The notes under the pieces are model-generated. The model was given only the letters and a program-made list of their open reading frames with translations. It was not told the DNA's origin and did not search any database. Of a DNA stretch of 64,000 nucleotides, positions 56,040-64,000 are shown piece by piece. How positions within the stretch are numbered: position 1 is the stretch's first letter; each line of letters opens with the position of its first letter. The stretch comes from Macrostomum lignano (Eukaryota): NCBI GenBank assembly GCA_002269645.1, contig NIVC01003939.1:4707-68706 (forward strand). Reading direction: 5' to 3'. The translations under genes and the position numbers were made by a program.

Positions 56040-56920
56040 TCCCAAGACAGCAAGCATCCCCAGACAGCATTCAAGCATTGATCCCCAAATAGCAAGCATC
56101 CCTCAGATTGCAAGCATCCTACAGATAGCAAGCATCCCCCAGCTAGCAAGCATCCTCCAGACCCTAGATAGCAAGCATCCCCCAGACTATAAGCATCCCC
56201 AGATAGCAAGCATCCCCCAGATACATACATGCGCAATAGTCGGCCGAGTTGGCCAATCTGGCTGACCGATTTGGCGGCCAACCAAGGAAGTCGCAAAAAT
56301 GCCCACCCAAAAAAATAACCCAAGTAGTAGTACTAAGTAGCTGACAAGGCATTTTGGCTTAATAAGACAGTCATAGTTACTTCTGCCATTTACCCAAAGT
56401 TGCATTAATTTTGCTTTAGGGTTTTTTTACATGTAAGTTGCATTTTTGGCCAAAAACTATGTCGCATTTTTGTTAAAACTAAGTTGCATGGCTGACCGAA
56501 TTATGGAAATTGCTCATGTATGCCCAGATAGCAAGCATCCCCCAGATAGCAAGCATCCCCAGATGGCAAGCATCCCCCAGATAGCAAGCATCCCCCAGAT
56601 AGCAAGCATCCCCCAGATGGCAAGCATCCCCCAGATAGCAAGCATCTCCCAGATAGCAAGCATCCCCCAGATAGCAAGCATCCCCCAGATAGCAAGCATC
56701 GCCCAGATAGCAAGCATCCCCAGACTGCAAGCAACCTCAGATATAACCTAGATATCTAGCAACCCCCTCTCAGATAGCAAGTACCCTCCACCCCCCAAAA
56801 GCAAGCATCTCCCAATAGCAGGTTACCCCAGTAGCAAGCATCCCCCCAATAGCAAGCATCCCTCAGATAGCAAGCATCCCCCTAATAGCAAGTATTCCAT
56901 CCTTAAATAGCAAGCATCCA
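56040..56920. repeat. 18-bp minisatellite (GATAGCAAGCATCCCCCA), interrupted by the 56224-56408 repeat
   Basis: Tandem arrays at 56040-56222 and 56520-56920. Confidence 0.9.
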
Positions 56921-56989
56921 CCAGAGAACAAGTAGCTAGTGCAATAATTTCCTTAGCTTTATAGTGGCTCCATTTTGTTTGGCATGATA

Positions 56990-58690
56990 CTTCTTTTTAT
57001 GTTTGAAATGTTGGCTCTTTAGTGTTTGACATGGTGGCTCTTCTATGTTTGACATGGTGGATCTTCTATGTTTGACATGGTAGCTCTTTAATGTTTGACA
57101 TGGTGGCTCTTTAATTTTTGACATGGTGGCTCTTTAATGTTTGACATGGTGGCTCTTTAATGTTTTATATGGTGTCTCTAAGCCTCTTCTACATGTATGT
57201 TTGACATGGTGGCTCTTTTCTGTTTGACATGATAGCTCTTTAATGTTTGACATGGTGGCTCTTCTATATTTGACATGGTAGCACTTTAATCTTTGAAATG
57301 GTGGCTCTTTAATTTTTGACATGGTGGCTCTTTAATGTTTGACATGGTGGCTTTTTTATGTTTGACATGGTGGCTCTTTATTGTCTTACATAGTGGCTCT
57401 CATGTTTGACATATTGGCTCTTATGTTTGACATGGTGGCTCTTTTATGTTTGACATTGTGCCTCTTTAATGTTTGATATGGTGCTTCTTTTTTGTTTGAA
57501 ATGGTGGCTTTTTAATGTTTAACATAGTGGCTCTAATGTTTGACATGGAGTCACATATATGTTCAACATGGAGTCACATATATGTTCGACATGGTAGCGC
57601 TTTTTATGTTTGACATGGTGTCTCTTTAATGTTTAACTTGGAGTCACGTATATGTTTGATATGGAGTCATATATATGTTTGACATGAAGTCATATATTTT
57701 CATGTCACTCACATGGACTCACATATATGTTTGACATGGAGTCACGTATATGTTTGACATGTAGTCTCATATATGTTTGATATGGTAATTCTTTTATGTT
57801 TGACATGGTGTCTCTTTAATGTGGGACATGGTGGCTCTTTAATGTTTGACACGGTGGCTTTTTAATATTTGAAATGGTGGCTCTTTTATGTTTGACATGG
57901 AGTCATGCATTTGTTTGACATAGTAGCTCTTTTATGTTTGACATGGTGGCTCTTTAATTGTTTGACATGGAGTCATGTATATGTTTGACATGTAGTCACG
58001 TATAAATTTGACTTAGTGGTTCTTTTATGTTTGACATAGTGGTTCTTTTATGTTTGATATGGTTGCTCTTTAATGTTTGAAATGGTGTCACATATATGTT
58101 CAATATAGAGTCAAGTATATATTTGACATGGCGGCTCTTTTGTGTTTGACATGATAGCTCTTTAATGTTTGACATGGTGGCTCTTCTATGTTTGACATGG
58201 TAGCACTTTAATCTTCAACATGGTGGTTCTTTAATGTTTGACATGGTGGCTCTTTAATGTTTGACATAGTGGCTCTTTTATGCTTGACATGGTGGCTCTT
58301 TATTGTCTTACATAGTGGCTTTCATGTTTGACATGTTGGCTTTTATATTTGACATGGTGGCTCTTTTATGTTTGAAATGGTGGCTCTTTTAGGTTTGACA
58401 TAGTGGCTCTTTTATGTTTGACATAGTGGCTCTTTTATGTTTGACATAGTGGCTCTTTAATGTTTGACATAGAGTCACGTATATGTTCAACATGGAGTCA
58501 CATATATGTTCGACATGGTAGCTATTTTATGTTTGACATGGTGTCTCTTTAATGTTTGGCATGATGGCTCTTTTAAGTTTGACATGGAAGCTCTTAATTG
58601 TTTGACATGATGGCTCTTTTATATTTGACATGGTGGGGCTTTTTTATGTTTGACATGGTGCTACTTTTATGTTTGACTTTGTGCTTCTTT
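56990..58690. repeat. Degenerate ~22-bp satellite (ATGTTTGACATGGTGGCTCTTTA)
   Basis: 1.7 kb of diverged tandem copies. Confidence 0.9.
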
Positions 58691-59499
58691 TATGTTTAGC
58701 ATTTTTCAAGTGTTTTATTAAAAAAATCATTTTGCGCTATTAAGATTCGAATCTAGGTCGCTACATTAGCAGTCCAGTCTGTTCGCATCTAGGCTATCTC
58801 TTTTCAATTGGAGAATATGAACTGTTGCCCTTATAATTCAATTTTACAGCAAGTCAGTTAGTAAAAAGTTATGACATAATCAATATCTCAGTCGGCTAGT
58901 ATCAATCTCAATTAAAGTTAGCAATACGAGCTCGTATTGGTTACGCAATTTAAATCAAGTTGTATATGCATTTCTTTGGCACTGTTTTCAACTTGTGATG
59001 TAATCTTTATCAGATTTGAAATTCAGTCAGTCAGGTTTTTTCTAGTATTCTTACAATGCATTTCAAGTCGAAAAATTTTTTTGACCTCTGCAAAAGAGCA
59101 TGTTTTTCGAATATTTAATCTGTTTAACATTGATAAATTTCTTAGCCAAGATGCATGTACTGCCCTAGGAAAATTTCTGATTGAATGGTGCAAGTTTGAA
59201 GAAAATAAATTAAGCTGTTTTTTCTGAAATCAATCGCATACCCATATATATACATATACAGACAACTCATTTTTAGTATATTGGACTAGCTGGGGTAGGC
59301 TGTCTGCCAGTATCCAGAATTTTTATTATACCCCCCTTAATTGGTTACACAAGTTAAATAGAGTAATTATCTAGGCAGTGAGGCAGAGTGAGTTTTCTTA
59401 TCAGTTGGCTCTGGCACAATCATTAAAATTGACTGTGAAGTTTCTTGCTGATAAAATTTGCATTGAAAAACCCCATTTAAAACAGTTTTTCAAATATTT

Positions 59500-59740
59500 A
59501 ATCCCTTTAGCAATGAGCTAGAGCTTAATGAAAATGCATGTACCGTCCTGGGCACATTTGACATCTTTTGGTGAAGAAACGAAGAAAATCAGTTAAGCCA
59601 TTCAGGAGAAAATCGATTTAATTCCTTTAGCAATGAGCTAGAGCTTAATAAAAATGCATGTACTATACTGGGCATATTTGACATCTTTTGGTGAAGAAAC
59701 AGATAAAATTGGTTAAGCTATTCAGAAGAAAATTGATTGC
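59500..59740. repeat. ~120-bp tandem duplication
   Basis: CCTTTAGCAATGAGCTAGAGCTTAAT...TTTGACATCTTTTGGTGAAGAAAC occurs twice in tandem. Confidence 0.8.
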
Positions 59741-62700
59741 GTACAAGCAAGCAAGCAAGCAATTTTTTCATTTTTAGAATATTAATTAGAGATTTAGTAT
59801 ATTTAGATGAAGAATTGCTCTCTCTAGAGTGTTATGGACATTCAAGCAAGCAAGCATACAAACCTTAGAGATTTAGTATATTTACACTATAGATTTGTAC
59901 AAGTGACTATCAAATAACATAGAAAGTATTATTTGGCATGCCGCATTGCCGCATGGCAAGCCTAGGCCTATATGAATATAAACTTATAAAAATTATGTAA
60001 AACAAACTACAACATTGTTGTTTTAGTCAAGAAAACAACTAAATAAACTTATCTATTGCATTTAAGCCTACTTTATAAGAGAAAAAATGAAATTAAATCC
60101 TAATGGCATTGGTTTTACTTTTAGTTTATATTTGTTTCATTTGTTAGCTTGCCATATATAACTAGGTAGGGTATAACTTTTTTAAGGCATTTACTAATTT
60201 TCAAAAGTAAAGACTAAAGTAGGCCTATCTTTTTAATTTTAGGCCTAGCCTACTTTTATCTTTTAATGAGACTTGAATAAAATGGAAAAATAGTAGGCCT
60301 AGGCCTAGCCCTAGCCCCTAGCTAGGCCTAGGCCTACTAAATAAAAATAACTCAAAAATCACATTGGAATCTCTAGGTCTAGGACTCCAGGCTAAACAAT
60401 AGTAATGAATAGGGGCCTACCTAATAAAGAGGTCAAAAAGATCTTAGCCCTAATCTTGATCTTGTCTTAGGGCTATCGCCCTATTTAAGTCCTCTTGAAA
60501 ATTGACTTCTTCTTCTGATTGTAGATTTATATTTTTTAAGATGTAAGTTTTTTATCTAAAATTCCACTCCCTAGCAATATTTTACTAATTAACTCTAGTA
60601 GCCTTGTTCGTACATACACATCAGTACTGCAAAGTGGAAGACTAGTGACGTGTAGGCCTAGAATATTAGGCATAGCTTAGTTATGTATTTATGTTATTCA
60701 CGTCATTAGTCATTTGAACTTAACTCAAGGAGTCACCGACAGTTCATTGATCACCCATGGAGTACATGCATAGTATTTGGAGGTCTAATGGTTCCTAAGG
60801 ATTTATATATGGCTAGATTTTTTTGACCTGGCTGGGCACCTAAACTAGACATGCGTAGGGTGCGTGTTATGCAAAATTTTCACCTAGGCTCAGATAGCTA
60901 GCTAGCTTGGAGCACGCTCTAACTTGGGTAGTCCGTGCACCCTTAACTGAAAATTTTCTAGACTTAATGCGAAGTGCATGCGCACTGTGATAAAAATTAA
61001 CGCAAAACTGCTCCGGGCCGTAACTTTGTTTATTACGCTCATTATAAGTAAATATTAAAGCATTTAGCCTAAAAACGTTGAATTAACACTAAAATTTAAT
61101 TAAATTAACTGTTTTAAACTATAATTACTGTTAATATAGACTGTTTTTGTCGGCATGCTAGGTTTAAGAAAGCGTTGTACTAAATTTAACCTGCTCAAAA
61201 AGGCAGCTTTTAAAATATAATCGTCGTACTTCGTACTTGTAGACTTCTTGTTGTTATTGTAAATGAAATTGCTTTGGACCTTTACTGTGATCCTCTCGCT
61301 TTTCTCCGAAAAGAAAAAATCAGGATTTTTTCGTTTAGTTCAGCGACTTTTCTCTCCATTTGCTTTAATTGATTTTTTGCGAATGATAGGGCTCTTAATG
61401 TTAGTGTTAGGCTTACTTAATATAGACCTTGCCATACTCGTACTCTCTCAGGATTTCTGAATTAAAATCACAAGAAGCTTAACCTTTACCCAACTATTTT
61501 TATGTATGAGGTATATAGACAAATCTTAAATCCGATTTTATTGTACCTTGTATTGTTCTTTTTGTCAGCTAGGAATCATACATAGCATCACTTCATATCT
61601 ATCTTGCATCTAATCCAGACTAGAGAATAGATTAGTATAATTTGAACTTATGGTATTAATTTTGATTTGTTTTGTCAATATTAAACTATGTGGAGGTTCA
61701 CTCAATGTTGCACTTTTGGCCCTATTATTGTACTTTATATATTTCTCAATTTAGATATAGCTAGTAACCCATTGGATTGCATTGATTGAAAACATAAAAC
61801 TTTCTTATCTATTATGCATCTTTATCAGACTAGACTTTAAGTTTAACAGTCAGTCAATTAAGTTTCTTGTGATTGAACTATATAAGGTGCAAATAAGTTA
61901 AACTACAACACACTGGTACAATCTGTATGCAATGTTTTATTTATAATATTTTACTTAAGGCAATAAAACTATGGTCATATTGATTAAAATAAGTAACTTT
62001 CCAATCATAAATATTATAAATTAAAAATGGCAACATTGGATAAACATTTATATTTCCAGGCTAATGCTTTCTATTCAGTAATTAAGAAATTTGGTATTGA
62101 ATTCCGAAGAATATATTACTTATAAATTATTATTTTAAATCATACATAAATGTTACTACTTGTAGCCATAACAAGGCTCGCGTATCAGTAAAATTTTATG
62201 ATAGAATACTAGCATCGTTTTAAGATTTTACCATAAAAAAACAGACCTGTTGCAGTGTACAGCTTTTGCAGCAGTATAAGTAAACAGCATCTTGTGGCGA
62301 ATCATAAGTTCGTAAAAATCTTGTAATGATTAATCAGAAATTAACTGAGATGAAGTGACGCCCAAAGTTGACATTCAATACTTTGCTAGCCGCCTATCTT
62401 TAGAGATGTCCAACAATGTGGGCATTTAGCTGACTGAATTATAATGACTAATTGGCCCCATCGTACGTCGACCTGTGATAATCGGCACTCTTATCAGTTC
62501 CAATGGACAAGATCAAAACCAGAGCCAGAACGTGTACACCCACACACCCACAGACACACGCAGCTAAACATAATGCAGAATGAAGTCGCCTTGGCAAAGG
62601 AATTGTGTCTAATTTTAGTCATGCTATGGCTAAACACTAAAGAGGTAACAGAATCTCTATCGTTCCTTTATCCAACCCGTGTATATGCTCTATACGCAAT

Positions 62701-63192
62701 CTCTTATCTACGAATTAAGCTAAGTCCCTCTATTTGCCCAGACCCAATGGCGCTTGCCTGCATTTTATGCTCTGCGCGTAAACGCGTGCGTAACGCCCAA
62801 TTCCAAGCCAAACCGTGGCCAATGAGGCGTGGACAAAAAATGTTCGCATCGGCCAATCGATGCCCATGCAGTCCGTTACAGCCCGGCGAGCTTATTAAAA
62901 CAAAATTGTAGGCGTTTATAGCAGAAGAGCTTCTAATTTTCCAATAACCGATACTAGAATAGCTTGAAATATTTCAGCTTTTCCCTGGCAAGCTACACCC
63001 GCATGAGAAGACCTGCAATAAGAACTCAACGGCTATAGAAATCCATTTTTTCGCAATTTCTACCGCAAACATGACTGGATAGATTTTATTTAGCAACGCC
63101 TCCTATTGAGAGAAGAGCAAAAGTCTTCTCTTGTTCGAGATTTTGTTTTGCTCTGATTTTCTTCTTCCGTCATTGTTGAACCAAGCACCGGC

Positions 63193-63665
63193 ATGGCCGA
63201 CATCACAATGCGACTCATCTGGTACCGCTGAACGAACTCTATAATAGTACGTCGGAACAACTGGCCGGTACAGATCTGGCTAAATTAGACGTCCTTGACC
63301 TGCTGTTTGTCGGCTGGTGCCTATTCGGCATTCTCGCGTTGTCATAATCAATTTTATCTACGAATTGGTTCATCCAAAGCAGCAACAACAGAAACAGACG
63401 GTTGGCAATAAGAAACAGGAGAGCCAGCACGGTGACGCCAGTGCTTCTGCGATCCAAACAGACTCCGCCTGTTCAGCAGAATGGGCCGCTGAGCTCCATC
63501 GACGAGTTGATTGAACCGAACTCATCAAGCGCAGAGTCCTGCTGCTGGCTCAAACTCTGGTTGCTTGGCTGTTTCTGAATAGAAGCGGCGCGCTCCAGCC
63601 CTGCTAGAGGCCTGGCTCAGCGCACTGAACTATGCGCATCCAAAGAGAAGCAATTTGATGGACGA
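63193..63665 (+). pseudogene. Frameshifted first exon of a membrane-anchored protein, possibly C2CD2/TMEM24-like (pseudogene or assembly indel errors)
   Basis: Joining frames gives LLFVGWCLFGILAL/VIINFIYEL (TM) and AESCCWL/LVAWLFLN/LLEAWLSALN (SMP-start-like), ending at a GTGAGT donor (63666); needs several 1-nt shifts. Confidence 0.3.
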
Positions 63666-63799
63666 GTGAGTGTCACGAATATTAGCCTTGTCTGTTTTGT
63701 TTATCGTATCGGGGTTTCTTCAGTTTGCAACCAACTCTAACCTTATGGTTCTGTTTCTGATTGTCAGATTTTCATTTCTTTTAGTTCAGGTTGCTCCAC

Positions 63800-64000
63800 A
63801 TTGATCTAGTTTGATTCCGGTTCATCTAGTTTGATTCCAGTTCATCAAGTTTGATTCCGGTTCATCTAGTTTGATTCCGGTTCATCTAGTTTGATTCCAG
63901 TTCATCAAGTTTGATTCCAGTTCATCAAATTTGATTTCGGTTCTTCAGTTTGATTCGCGGTTCATACTAGTTTTGATTCCAGTTCATCAAGTTTGATTCC
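63800..64000. repeat. 20-bp minisatellite (TTGATTCCGGTTCATCTAGT)
   Basis: Tandem copies to the window end. Confidence 0.9.

Noticed and set aside
58937-62911. AT-rich region with short ORFs as a possible decayed transposase
   Set aside because: No catalytic motif or terminal repeats could be supported by eye

Overview
Repeat-rich eukaryotic (animal) genomic DNA with GT-AG introns packed with minisatellites. The style resembles a flatworm such as Macrostomum, but the organism is only inferred. Eight host genes can be spliced by hand, all on the minus strand: NUDT6, COA8/APOPT1, two tandem Bcl-2-family paralogues, two tandem NAT16/HISAT-like acetyltransferases, DIXDC1, and a DUF2064(TIGR04282-like)-GT2(TIGR04283-like) fusion resembling bacterial arsenosugar-cluster glycosyltransferases. 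The standout is a 9,093-bp element (6829-15921) bounded by near-identical 1,323-bp terminal inverted repeats. It has ACTACT...AGTAGT ends, a 6-bp GACAGA flank duplication, and splits a (GACA)n microsatellite. It carries only two recognisable, divergently transcribed genes. One is an intact 7-exon, ~1276-aa protein-primed family B DNA polymerase (terminal-protein-like, OTU-like, Zn-finger, exonuclease, VSR-like and polymerase regions) in which each of catalytic motifs A, B and C is interrupted by a spliceosomal intron. The other is a tandem PC4-like putative ssDNA-binding protein. I found no integrase, ATPase, adenain protease or capsid gene. It looks like a minimal, intron-bearing, Polinton-related linear replicon. 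All homology calls come from motif recognition by eye; no searches were run.
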